Assembly (NCBI GenBank): GCA_964396475.1
Contig: CAYNFE010000001.1
Location: 1,205-65,204 of the forward strand
Source of the DNA: Candidatus Woesearchaeota archaeon
GTDB lineage: Archaea; Nanobdellota; Nanobdellia; Pacearchaeales; UBA284
Length of the DNA stretch: 64,000 nt
Direction of reading: 5' to 3'
Of this stretch, positions 26,277-35,503 are shown piece after piece. A program made the position numbers and the translations under genes. Below the pieces are notes generated by a model, which made no database searches, was not told the origin of the DNA, and saw nothing but the letters and a program-made list of their open reading frames with translations. Numbering within the stretch: the stretch's first letter is position 1; each line of letters starts with the position of its first letter.

Positions 26277-26419
26277 AGTAAATAGAAAAGTAAAATTTTT
26301 TTTAATTCTAATTTGATTTTATTTTGAGATTTTCTTAATTTGTAATCCAAAAATTTCTTTTCTTAAAATCCTTTTCATATCACACAAATTCTTAAAAGCC
26401 TCTTATTTTAGATATAATC

Positions 26420-28393
26420 ATGTGGAGTTTATGTGAAAATGATACTAGCTTGAAACCCTTGATTTTTTCTAATGGTAAGAGCCAGGAAGATATTGTTAAG
26501 GAGATTATCAAGGCAATTGATGAAGGCCATAAGGTAATTTTTATTAGAGGTGTTTGTGGAACAGGAAAATCAGCCATAGCCCTGAATTTGGCTAAAGAGA
26601 TTGGAAAAGCCTCTGTTATTGTTCCATCCAAAGCCCTGCAAAAGCAGTATGAAGATGATTATATGAGCAAGAAGTATCTATTAAAGCAAGATGGCCAGAA
26701 ATTAAAAATTAGAGTCATAACAGGAAGAGCCAATCATATATGCCCTTATTTACAAGATCAAGAAAATATGCAAAAACTAGTGCAGAAGGAAAAAGAGGAA
26801 AAGGATTCTAAATTAAGTGATTTTGGAGATGATTTTGGGAATAATGATGATAGTGAGCCAGATGAGAAATATAACATGGAAAATGATTATATTTTATGTG
26901 ATAATCCTTTTCTTCCCTGCAGAATTGAGATCAAAGAAAAAAATGCCAAGAAAATTAAAGAGTATTTAAAAAAGAATCCCAAAATAGACAGAACTTTTGT
27001 TTCTATAGCTGATGTAAAAAGAATGTCTATAGCTCCTGTGTGTCCTTACTGGAGTCCTATTGTTCCTTCTGAAATAAAACTTGGTTTAAAAGCCAATCGC
27101 AGGAATTATGTTGGTCTGATGGATAGAAACTATACAATTTACCAAAGAAAACAAGGATGTGGCTATTATGACCAGTTTAATGCTTATATTGATGCAGATG
27201 TAATAATTTTTAACAGCCAGAAATATAAATTAGAAACTTTGATGAATAGGAAGCCGGCAACTGAGATAGAAATTATAGATGAATGTGATGAATTCTTAGA
27301 TAGTTTTTCAAATACCAAAAAAATCAATCTTAATAGACTTAATTTAGCTTTAGGAGGATTATATACAGAAGACGACAAAACACAAAAAATAATCAATGAA
27401 TTAATAGCTTTATCAAATAAAATTTTAAAAGACAGAGATAAGCAAATTGAGAAATATATTTTAAATGAAGAGATTATTCACATAAAGAAGAGTGAAATTT
27501 TTGATTTATTAAGATATTTTCTAGATTCTGATCTTATGAATTGTGTTGAGTGTGATGAAGAAAATTATTGCTATCATATAGAAGAAGTAGCAAGGACTTT
27601 TGACAATTTTTTTGATGAGACCTATCTCTCTTTCTATAAAGAAAGAGCATACAAAGACAAAGGAAAAGATAGTATTGTTAGATTAGTGACAACAAATCTT
27701 GAAAAACGATTTAAAGAGCTCCTAGATAAAAATAAGATAATTGTGATGATGTCTGGCACGATACACTCTAAAGATGTTCTAAAAAATATTTTTGGATTAG
27801 AGAGTTTTAAGATTATTGAAGCAGAAACTAAAACTCCTGGAAAAATCGACTTTTTAAAAACAAAATTTGAAATTGATTGCAGGTATAAAAATTTTCAAAA
27901 AGGAAGGATAACAAGAAAACAATATCTTCTGGCGTTATCAAAAACCATAGAAAAGGCAAAAAAACCTGCTTTGGTTCATGTTAATTCTTTCAGAGATCTT
28001 CCAACTGAACAGGAAGCAAAAGAGTTTGGTCTGAATATTATGACCCAGAAAAAACTTAGATATCTACAGATACAAGATAGTAAAGGAGAGGCTGTTAAGA
28101 AATTTAAGCAAGGAAAAATAGACACTTTATTTTCCACAAAATGCAATAGAGGGGTGGATTTTCCAGGAGAAATATGTAATAGTATAATTCTGACTAAATA
28201 CCCTTATCCAAATGTCAATTCACTTTTTTGGAGAATTTTAAAGAGAACTAAACCACAATACTATAATATGTTTTATATAGATAAGGCAAGAAGAGAATTT
28301 TTACAAAGAATATATAGGGGATTAAGAAGCAAGGAAGATCATATTTTTCTTTTATCTCCTGATATAAGAGTTTTTAGAAATCAGAATTTTTAA
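26420..28393 (+). CDS. XPD/DinG-like SF2 helicase
   Basis: GVCGTGKS, IIDECDEF, MSGT, RGVDFPG, QRIYRGLRS. Confidence 0.8.
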   Translation: MWSLCENDTSLKPLIFSNGKSQEDIVKEIIKAIDEGHKVIFIRGVCGTGKSAIALNLAKEIGKASVIVPSKALQKQYEDDYMSKKYLLKQDGQKLKIRVITGRANHICPYLQDQENMQKLVQKEKEEKDSKLSDFGDDFGNNDDSEPDEKYNMENDYILCDNPFLPCRIEIKEKNAKKIKEYLKKNPKIDRTFVSIADVKRMSIAPVCPYWSPIVPSEIKLGLKANRRNYVGLMDRNYTIYQRKQGCGYYDQFNAYIDADVIIFNSQKYKLETLMNRKPATEIEIIDECDEFLDSFSNTKKINLNRLNLALGGLYTEDDKTQKIINELIALSNKILKDRDKQIEKYILNEEIIHIKKSEIFDLLRYFLDSDLMNCVECDEENYCYHIEEVARTFDNFFDETYLSFYKERAYKDKGKDSIVRLVTTNLEKRFKELLDKNKIIVMMSGTIHSKDVLKNIFGLESFKIIEAETKTPGKIDFLKTKFEIDCRYKNFQKGRITRKQYLLALSKTIEKAKKPALVHVNSFRDLPTEQEAKEFGLNIMTQKKLRYLQIQDSKGEAVKKFKQGKIDTLFSTKCNRGVDFPGEICNSIILTKYPYPNVNSLFWRILKRTKPQYYNMFYIDKARREFLQRIYRGLRSKEDHIFLLSPDIRVFRNQNF

Positions 28394-30046
28394 TCTCTTT
28401 CTTTTCTTTTTCAATTCAATCATCTTGATTATGATTTCAATTGTCACGAATACAGCAAAGATGATTAATAAAAGTGAGATTATTGTGAGCATGACATTCA
28501 TTTCCTTAAAAAAATAAGTATAAAGTCCATAGAATAAAGCAGCTAGAGTTGTTATTATCATGAATATTGATGGGATTAGAGTGTAAAATGAGGGTTTTTT
28601 ATGTTCTACAAGATAGGCTGAAATAGCTATGAGAACTACTCCTGCTATTAATTGATTAGAAGAGCCAAACATTCTCCATAAACTACTATAGGTGTTTGTT
28701 ATAGCTAGAATAAATGCAGGAATTAAGATTGCTAGAGTGAGAATGAACTTCTTGTTTAGTTTTGATTTCTTGCTTAATGCCTCACTTGAGATCATTCTTC
28801 CTACTCTTGTTGATGTGTCTAAGGAAGTGAGAATGAACATGTTGACTATTAGCGAGCCAAGAACTATTAATAAAGAGTATGAGATAAAGGGCAGTGCTGA
28901 TGAAACTACATTAGCAAAGCCTCTTCCAAAAGCAACAATCCATCCTACATTTAAAGCATCCTGGAAAAAATCTAAATTGCCAATAAGGTCTGTGTGCCAT
29001 CTTAATCCAGCTGCCACAAATATCAGGACTAGAGTAGCTACTAAACCCTCTACTAACATTGCTCCATAACCAATAACTCTGCCATGAGATTCTTTATCTA
29101 ATTGTTTTGAAGTTGTTCCTGAACCAACTAGAGCATGGAATCCTGAAACAGCTCCACAAGCAACTGTTATGAATAAGATAGGCCATAATGGAACCTGAGA
29201 TATTGAAAAAGGAATTATAGCAGGAGCACTAATCTCTGGTCTTGATATTATAACTGCTAATACTCCAATAAACAAGAAAGTGAATAAACCTATTGCAGAA
29301 ACATAATCTCTTGGCTGTAATACTATCCATACTGGAACTAAAGAGACTGTTAAAGCATATAAGAACAAGACAGAAACCCAGATTGTTTGAGAAGTTGCTT
29401 GTGTAAAAGGTAGAGTAACTGGAACCTGAATTCCCAACCATATGAAAAATATCATAAACAAGAAAGCCAATATGCTTGAAGTTATCTTATTATGATTATA
29501 TTTATAGACAGCTAATCCTAGAAATATAGCTGTCAAAGTTATTCCAAAAAAAGGAATAACTAACTGGGGAATTTCTACTAAAGACTGAGCTGAACTGACC
29601 GAGAAAACTGAGATTATTAACATCATTGTAAACCATAACAAGATTGAGAAAACATAGAAAGTCTTTTTTCCAATTACCTTTTCTGAAATTTTAGCAATGC
29701 CTTGTCCTTTATGTCTGACAGATAACATTAGAGTAATATAATCATGAACTCCCCCAATTAATACAGATCCTAGTGTAATCCATAAAATGACAAAAAACCA
29801 GCCAAAATAAGAAACAGCCAAGATAGGTCCAATAATCGGACCTGCTCCTGCTATTGAGGCAAAATGATGTCCAAATAAGAAAAGCTTTTTACTAGGCTTA
29901 AAATCTATCTTACCTTTGAAAACATTTGCAGGAGTCTTTTTCTTGTCATTTGGTTTGATTAGCTTTCCTTCTAAAAATCTTCCATAAATAAAATAACCTA
30001 GAATAAGCCATGCTAGAACTATCAAAAGCAAGATTAAAGCATTCAT
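28352..30046 (-). CDS. cstA: Carbon starvation protein A (peptide/pyruvate transporter family)
   Basis: GHHFASIAGAGPIIGP, ITVACGAVSGFHAL, IGYGAMLVEG, FGSSNQL. Confidence 0.93.
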   Translation of the reverse strand: MNALILLLIVLAWLILGYFIYGRFLEGKLIKPNDKKKTPANVFKGKIDFKPSKKLFLFGHHFASIAGAGPIIGPILAVSYFGWFFVILWITLGSVLIGGVHDYITLMLSVRHKGQGIAKISEKVIGKKTFYVFSILLWFTMMLIISVFSVSSAQSLVEIPQLVIPFFGITLTAIFLGLAVYKYNHNKITSSILAFLFMIFFIWLGIQVPVTLPFTQATSQTIWVSVLFLYALTVSLVPVWIVLQPRDYVSAIGLFTFLFIGVLAVIISRPEISAPAIIPFSISQVPLWPILFITVACGAVSGFHALVGSGTTSKQLDKESHGRVIGYGAMLVEGLVATLVLIFVAAGLRWHTDLIGNLDFFQDALNVGWIVAFGRGFANVVSSALPFISYSLLIVLGSLIVNMFILTSLDTSTRVGRMISSEALSKKSKLNKKFILTLAILIPAFILAITNTYSSLWRMFGSSNQLIAGVVLIAISAYLVEHKKPSFYTLIPSIFMIITTLAALFYGLYTYFFKEMNVMLTIISLLLIIFAVFVTIEIIIKMIELKKKRKRLKILISKNSYIRR

Positions 30047-30168
30047 TTTCCTCTTTTATCTACTAAATTAGAGAAAGCTTATAATTTTTACTGTTAGAAC
30101 TATAATATTAAAAAATTAATAAAAAATAAAAAATAAGAACTAGTTTTATTTATATCCAAAGCCTATTT

Positions 30169-30438
30169 TTATTCCTTACTCTCTTCTGCTGGTTTTTCAG
30201 TTTCTTCTTCTTTTCTAGGCTTTATTCCTTTCCTTTTCATAAAACATTCTCTGCAATAAACTGGTCTGTCTCCTGAAGGTTTGAAAGGAACTTCTGCTTC
30301 TTTCCCACATTCAGCGCATGTTATCTTATACATCTTTCTTGGACCACTAAATCTTCTAGGGCCACTAAATTTTCTCTGACCGCCGAATTTTCTAGGGCCG
30401 CTTTTTCTTCTTGGGCCTCCTCTTCCACTATATGGCAT
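30169..30438 (-). CDS. CxxC-x17-CxxC zinc-ribbon protein with Gly/Arg repeats (start revised to 30438)
   Basis: CAECGKEAEVPFKPSGDRPVYCREC; 18-bp coding repeats giving GPRKF/SGPRRF. Confidence 0.8.
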   Translation of the reverse strand: MPYSGRGGPRRKSGPRKFGGQRKFSGPRRFSGPRKMYKITCAECGKEAEVPFKPSGDRPVYCRECFMKRKGIKPRKEEETEKPAEESKE

Positions 30439-30490
30439 TTTTTTAATCCTCCTATTGCATATCAATTTAATTCTTATTTATAAACTTTCC

Positions 30491-30937
30491 TTAATATTTT
30501 CTTTTTCTAGCTATTATACTACCTATCACACCAATTATGAATGCTATTGGACAGGCAACAAGAGCTATGAGAAAGAAGGCTACATGTAATGCCTCTGTCA
30601 GAATTTTTAAGAAATTTGTGGTCGCGATTGTGTTTAGAGCATAGAGAAAATTATGCAAGATAACACCTATTAAAAAACTTGGTGCTGATAATCCTATTAG
30701 CATCAAAAAAAATCTTAATTTACCTTTTATCTTTAATTTGATTGTTAGAAATATCAGAGCTATACCTAACAAAAAGAAGATAGCTGCTAATATAAATAAG
30801 CCAGGAAAAAGTGTATGTCTAAGTTTGTCAGAAAATGGAATCAAAAAAAAACATAACATCAAAATAAAAACAATAATTAGTGTCCAGAATACTATTCCAA
30901 GATATTTTTTATACTTCTTCTTATATTTCTTTTTCAT
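30491..30937 (-). CDS. Four-TM membrane protein
   Basis: Four hydrophobic helices, ILHN and LH motifs. Confidence 0.7.
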   Translation of the reverse strand: MKKKYKKKYKKYLGIVFWTLIIVFILMLCFFLIPFSDKLRHTLFPGLFILAAIFFLLGIALIFLTIKLKIKGKLRFFLMLIGLSAPSFLIGVILHNFLYALNTIATTNFLKILTEALHVAFFLIALVACPIAFIIGVIGSIIARKRKY

Positions 30938-30961
30938 ATTTTTTTAAAGAAAACAGGATTT

Positions 30962-31258
30962 TTAATCTTTATGTGTTTTATAAGCTATTTCTTTTCCTAA
31001 TCCCATAAATATTGTTTCTGTGATATTTAAAAAATTATTTTCAAGTTTGTTTCTATCCATAAATTCACGGACATACTTAGAAGTGCCATATGCACGAATG
31101 TTTTTGTCAACACTAGCCTGATCTAACAATTTTTTCATCCCAAAGAAACTAAATGCATTTGTTGTCAGTAATATAAGTGCTAATCCTCCGACTGCACACT
31201 TTGGCAAATATTTTATTATAGGTACTTGTTCATATCTACGAGTCATTTTCTCTAGCAA
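30962..31258 (-). CDS. Hypothetical membrane-anchored protein
   Basis: 98-aa ORF divergent from xerA. Confidence 0.55.
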   Translation of the reverse strand: MLEKMTRRYEQVPIIKYLPKCAVGGLALILLTTNAFSFFGMKKLLDQASVDKNIRAYGTSKYVREFMDRNKLENNFLNITETIFMGLGKEIAYKTHKD

Positions 31259-31270
31259 TATTTATAAAGA

Positions 31271-31298
31271 AGTTCGCTTTAAAAGTATTATGTCAAAA
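31271..31298 (+). promoter_or_regulatory. dif-like 11-6-11 site overlapping the xerA start codon
   Basis: AGTTCGCTTTA-AAAGTA-TTATGTCAAAA versus E. coli dif GGTGCGCATAA-TGTATA-TTATGTTAAAT (7/11 and 9/11 arm matches). Confidence 0.5.
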
Positions 31299-32102
31299 GA
31301 GGATATAGATAAACTAAAAATTGAGCTAAAATTAAAAGGCTGTTCTGAATTAACTATTAGGAATTATACATGGTTTGTTGATAAATTTCTAGCTTTTAGT
31401 AAAAAAAATACAGAAGAGTTGAATGAGGAAGATGCAAAAAAATATTTGGCTGATTTGATAGAGACTAAATCAAGAAGCACTGTAAGTTTAGCTGCCTCTT
31501 CTTTGAGATATTTTTTCAGTGAAGTCTTGAAGAAACCAATAGAAGGAGTTAAGCTGCCTAAGAAAGAGAAAACACTTCCTGAAATTTTAAGTAAGGATGA
31601 GATTAAGAAGATGATTGAGCTGGCTGATACTTATAAATCCAAAATCATTCTGAAAATACTTTATTCTTCTGGAATGCGTGTAAGTGAGTTAGTTAATTTG
31701 AAAGTTAGTGATCTTAATTTAGATGAGAAGATTGGTTGGATTAGGAAAGGAAAGGGCAGGAAAGATAGGCTTTTTATGTTATCTGAGAAATTAATTCCAG
31801 AGTTAGAGAATTATTTTAAGAAAAGACAGGGCTATGTTTATGTGCTTTCTAAGGAAAAGCCTCTTACACCAAGAAATATTCAGAAAATTATCAAGAATTT
31901 AGCTTTCAAGATAGGGATTCAGAAAAAAGTTACCCCTCATACTATTAGACATAGCTATGCTACACATCTTCTAGAAGCAGGGGTTGATATAAGGAAGATC
32001 CAGGTATTGTTAGGACATGAAAACTTACAAACAACACAGATTTATACTCATCTTTCTGCAGAAGAATTGAAAAAAGTAAAGAATCCACTTGATGAACTTT
32101 AA
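31290..32102 (+). CDS. xerA: Tyrosine recombinase XerA/XerD-like
   Basis: SGMRVSE, GKGRKDR, HTIRHSYATH, LGH...TTQIY. Confidence 0.93.
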   Translation: MSKEDIDKLKIELKLKGCSELTIRNYTWFVDKFLAFSKKNTEELNEEDAKKYLADLIETKSRSTVSLAASSLRYFFSEVLKKPIEGVKLPKKEKTLPEILSKDEIKKMIELADTYKSKIILKILYSSGMRVSELVNLKVSDLNLDEKIGWIRKGKGRKDRLFMLSEKLIPELENYFKKRQGYVYVLSKEKPLTPRNIQKIIKNLAFKIGIQKKVTPHTIRHSYATHLLEAGVDIRKIQVLLGHENLQTTQIYTHLSAEELKKVKNPLDEL

Positions 32103-32309
32103 TTATTTAACAATATTTTTTCCAAAATTACACGTACCATCACGTTCATAACCACATTTATTCTTTTTGTAATATTTTAAATCTTGTTTTAGCTTTGCTG
32201 CTTCTACAACAAGACATTTTCCTTCATCATCTCTAAGTCTATTGCTGCTCTCAAGACATAAATCTACTAAACTTTTATATAATTCTTCTTTATCTTTATC
32301 TGGAATCAT
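32103..32309 (-). CDS. Small Cys-containing hypothetical protein
   Basis: 68-aa ORF abutting xerA stop. Confidence 0.5.
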   Translation of the reverse strand: MIPDKDKEELYKSLVDLCLESSNRLRDDEGKCLVVEAAKLKQDLKYYKKNKCGYERDGTCNFGKNIVK

Positions 32310-32317
32310 TTATAAAA

Positions 32318-32482
32318 CTATAAGTCAGAATTATGATTAGATTCATATGTAAAATCTACTTTATCTGTCTTTGGATCATATAAAATTCTATCTGTCTCTT
32401 TAGCTAAGATTTTCCATCCTGCATAATTCCCTATTTCCTCATAACCTTCTTGTGTTAATTCTACTAATTTTGAATCATCCAT
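32318..32482 (-). CDS. 54-aa hypothetical protein (below ORF-track cutoff)
   Basis: MDDSKLVELTQEGYEEIGNYAGWKILAKETDRILYDPKTDKVDFTYESNHNSDL; fills the gap in operon orientation. Confidence 0.55.
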   Translation of the reverse strand: MDDSKLVELTQEGYEEIGNYAGWKILAKETDRILYDPKTDKVDFTYESNHNSDL

Positions 32483-32527
32483 TTTATTTCCTTAGACTTT
32501 TTAATTTATTATTCTTTATTTATAAAT

Positions 32528-33403
32528 TTATGTATGTATTTCAACAACATCACTATCTTTTAGAATATATTTTAAACCAACTCTTTTGATGGTATTTTTT
32601 CTCCAGATCTTAGCAAATTTAAAATCTCTTATGAAATCTTTATGAACTTTCCTTGCAAGATTTTGGATTATAGAATTTTTTTTCAGTATGACAGGCCTTT
32701 TTTCTGGTTTTCTTCCTGGATGTTTAGTGTAAATTCTTATGATATTTAAAGAATCAAATATTTTTTTCTTTAGCTTACCAAGATTTTTTCCTGATAATGC
32801 GCTGATTTCTATTGCTCCTAAAAATTCTTTTTTGATTTTTCTAGGATCTATATTGTCAGCTTTGTTTATCACTATTAGAATATTTTTGTTTGTTAATTTA
32901 GATAGAGTTTTTTTAATTTCATCTATAGAACATCCGACAACAACAACAAGATCTGAATTATTCGCATATCCTAGAATTTCATTATCTTCATCACTGTCTT
33001 TAAGAGAAGGAAGATCTAGAACTTGTATTAAAGCTCCTAAGTTTAACATGCCTTGTTCTGGCTTAGTTGTTGTGTATGGAAACCTGCTCACTGTTGGTTT
33101 TGCATGTGTTATCTTGCTGAGAAGAAGAGATTTTCCTGAATTTGTATAGCCTAAAAATGTGATTTGAGCATCTCCCTCTTTTCTTAATCCAGCCTTATGC
33201 TTCTTAACTTTTCTTTGTCTTATTACCTCTTGTTTTAATTTTGCAAGCCTTGACTTTAGATTTGAGAGAAGATTCTCAGATCCTTTATGTTTTGGAGCTA
33301 GCATAATCATTATTTTCAATTTTTCTATTTTTTCTTCTAAAGTATTGGCTGCAAGAAACTCTGCTTGAGCTTTATTGAATTGGGGTATTGCATTAATTGG
33401 CAT
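32528..33403 (-). CDS. OBG/DRG-family GTPase with TGS domain
   Basis: GYTNSGKS, FPYTT, DLP, NKAD, ISA; C-terminal TGS (DSDVVEIH). Confidence 0.88.
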   Translation of the reverse strand: MPINAIPQFNKAQAEFLAANTLEEKIEKLKIMIMLAPKHKGSENLLSNLKSRLAKLKQEVIRQRKVKKHKAGLRKEGDAQITFLGYTNSGKSLLLSKITHAKPTVSRFPYTTTKPEQGMLNLGALIQVLDLPSLKDSDEDNEILGYANNSDLVVVVGCSIDEIKKTLSKLTNKNILIVINKADNIDPRKIKKEFLGAIEISALSGKNLGKLKKKIFDSLNIIRIYTKHPGRKPEKRPVILKKNSIIQNLARKVHKDFIRDFKFAKIWRKNTIKRVGLKYILKDSDVVEIHT

Positions 33404-33962
33404 TTTTTTCTTTAATAAAAAATCTCCATTTTAGATTTTGAGCTTTATTGATGCCTATTCTTTCTGAACAACTAATTTGAGAATTTTTTATTTTTATTCC
33501 TTCTAATATCTTTATTTTGTCATTTATATCTGTTCTGTTAAGTTTTTTTGTTATATTCATGGCTTGGCATAATTTTCCTGGGCCATCTGCTAAATTTATT
33601 TTCTTATTTCTTATTTTTCTTCTTTTTTTCATCATTTTAATCCCTTCTATTGGTTTTATTGCTCTGATTAATACTGCTCCTGGCTTGTTTTTTTCTGTTG
33701 TTATATTGAGACAGTGATGATTTCCATAAATAAAGTAGATATAAAATTTACCATATGTATTATACATTAACTCACTTCTTTTTGTTTTTTTGAATGCATG
33801 ACTTGCTTCATCTCCTGACTCTGGACCTTTGTAAGCTTCTGTCTCTGTTATTATTCCAGCTGTATTTTTGTATTTTATTTTTTTTCCAAGCAGGTCTTTT
33901 GCTACTTTAACAGAATCTCTATTGAAGAAAGATTTGTTCAAATATTTGGATTTTTGTTTCAT
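33393..33962 (-). CDS. mpg: 3-methyladenine DNA glycosylase (MPG/AAG family)
   Basis: IITETEAY, YIYFIYGNHHCLNI, AVLIRA, GPGKLCQA, RIGI. Confidence 0.93.
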   Translation of the reverse strand: MKQKSKYLNKSFFNRDSVKVAKDLLGKKIKYKNTAGIITETEAYKGPESGDEASHAFKKTKRSELMYNTYGKFYIYFIYGNHHCLNITTEKNKPGAVLIRAIKPIEGIKMMKKRRKIRNKKINLADGPGKLCQAMNITKKLNRTDINDKIKILEGIKIKNSQISCSERIGINKAQNLKWRFFIKEKNAN

Positions 33963-34039
33963 GTCTACTTAATTGTTTTTAAAGTTTTAAATATTTTTTA
34001 TGTATGATAGCAGTCAAGAAATAAAAGAAGAAAGAAAAT

Positions 34040-34708
34040 TTATTTTACTTTTGGAGTGTCTTTATGGCATCTGTCTTTATATTCACAATACTTGCACATC
34101 CACTTGATTCTTTCAAATTTTCTTGCTTCTGCTATTGGAAGCTTATTTTCTGTCAGCAGATCATGAAGAACCTTGAAACGTTTGATTATTTTTATAGCCT
34201 CATCTTTATCATAATCAATATGGAAAAGTTTTGTCTTTAAGTTGGATTTATCTATATAGACTAAAAGGCCGTTATGCACGCCTGTGAAATGCATGTAAAG
34301 CTGGAGTTGTTGAATATTATTAGGAGAAGCTTCTTTGACAAACTTAATTCCGGCTGTGCTCTTTATTTCTACTAGATAGATCTTTCCACTCATCTTTACT
34401 TTAATCAGATTATCTATTCTTCCTGATATGATGAAATCTTCAACCTGCTCTTTAAAAGGAAATTCTGATTTAAGGAGTTCAACTTGTGGTGTTTTTTCTG
34501 ATTTTAAGACCTGAACAATGAAGTCATGAATTATATTTCCCATCTCAAATATCTTCCTTAAGTCAGGATCTATTTCTGAAGGATATTTATAAGAATACCA
34601 AACTTTCCTCATACAAGATCCTGCTTCAGAAGGATAATATCTTCCTATTCCTTTTGGCCTGTACTCTCTTTTTATATGGCTATCTATAAGATTGTCAAAA
34701 TCAATCAT
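34040..34708 (-). CDS. Solo Cas4-like PD-(D/E)XK nuclease
   Basis: SEAGSCMRK, GNIIH, GRID, VEIKS, QLQLYM, CKYCEYKDRC. Confidence 0.85.
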   Translation of the reverse strand: MIDFDNLIDSHIKREYRPKGIGRYYPSEAGSCMRKVWYSYKYPSEIDPDLRKIFEMGNIIHDFIVQVLKSEKTPQVELLKSEFPFKEQVEDFIISGRIDNLIKVKMSGKIYLVEIKSTAGIKFVKEASPNNIQQLQLYMHFTGVHNGLLVYIDKSNLKTKLFHIDYDKDEAIKIIKRFKVLHDLLTENKLPIAEARKFERIKWMCKYCEYKDRCHKDTPKVK

Positions 34709-34756
34709 ATACCTGAGAAGAATAAAGCTTTTAAAATTCTTTTCTTTAATTTTATA

Positions 34757-35440
34757 ATGGGTATCTTAGATTTATTCAGGAAAAAGCAGAAAAAGATTGA
34801 ACCTATACAGCCATTTTCTGTGGCAAAGGCAGAGGATGGAAATTTTGATAGTTTTTTTGATAAACTGCTTAATTACAGCTTGATTATGTTAGTCACTGGA
34901 AAAAGAGGCAGTGGTAAGACTAGTCTAGGAATGACTATTCTCACTATATTAAATTCCTATAAAAAAAGATGTTATGCTATGGGTTTTTCTAGGGCTAAGC
35001 TACCTAGATGGTTGAAAAAAGCAGATTCCCTAGAGAAAATTCCTAATAATTCTGCTGTTCTTGTAGATGAAGGAGCTATAGTTTACTCTTCTCGTGATTC
35101 AATGAAAGATGCTAATAAGATGCTTGGAAAGTTAATGGCTATTGCTAGGCATAAGAATCTCAGTTTGATTTTAATTGCTCAAAACAGTGCTATGCTTGAC
35201 GTGAATGTTTTGAGATTAGCTGACATCTTACTGCTTAAAGAGCCCTCATTATTACAGACAGAATTTGAGAGAAAAGCTTTACAGAAAATGTATGGGAAAA
35301 TCAAACCTTTATTCAGGAATCAAGAACAGAGAGAAAAGTTCTTTTATGTATGGAGTGATGAATTTCAAGGCCTATTAAGTTATGAACTTCCTGGGTTCTG
35401 GAATTCTTCTATAAGTAAGGCCTTTAGAAATTTTAAGTAA
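34757..35440 (+). CDS. P-loop ATPase, Zot/packaging-ATPase-like (start revised to 34757)
   Basis: GKRGSGKT, VLVDEG, IARH...IAQ. Confidence 0.75.
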   Translation: MGILDLFRKKQKKIEPIQPFSVAKAEDGNFDSFFDKLLNYSLIMLVTGKRGSGKTSLGMTILTILNSYKKRCYAMGFSRAKLPRWLKKADSLEKIPNNSAVLVDEGAIVYSSRDSMKDANKMLGKLMAIARHKNLSLILIAQNSAMLDVNVLRLADILLLKEPSLLQTEFERKALQKMYGKIKPLFRNQEQREKFFYVWSDEFQGLLSYELPGFWNSSISKAFRNFK

Positions 35441-35503
35441 TTTCTGATTAATTATACATTATACAACCTAAAAGCTTAAAAAATTTCATTCCTTGTTTTT
35501 TAA

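Noticed and set aside
28352-28393. Convergent 3' overlaps (also 8865-8875, 63217-63241)
   Set aside because: Ordinary consequence of genome compaction; no evidence of dual-coding function.
17221-32102. Prophage/provirus call for the recombinase-to-xerA segment
   Set aside because: No capsid, terminase, portal or viral replication genes recognised; several housekeeping-type genes are interspersed.
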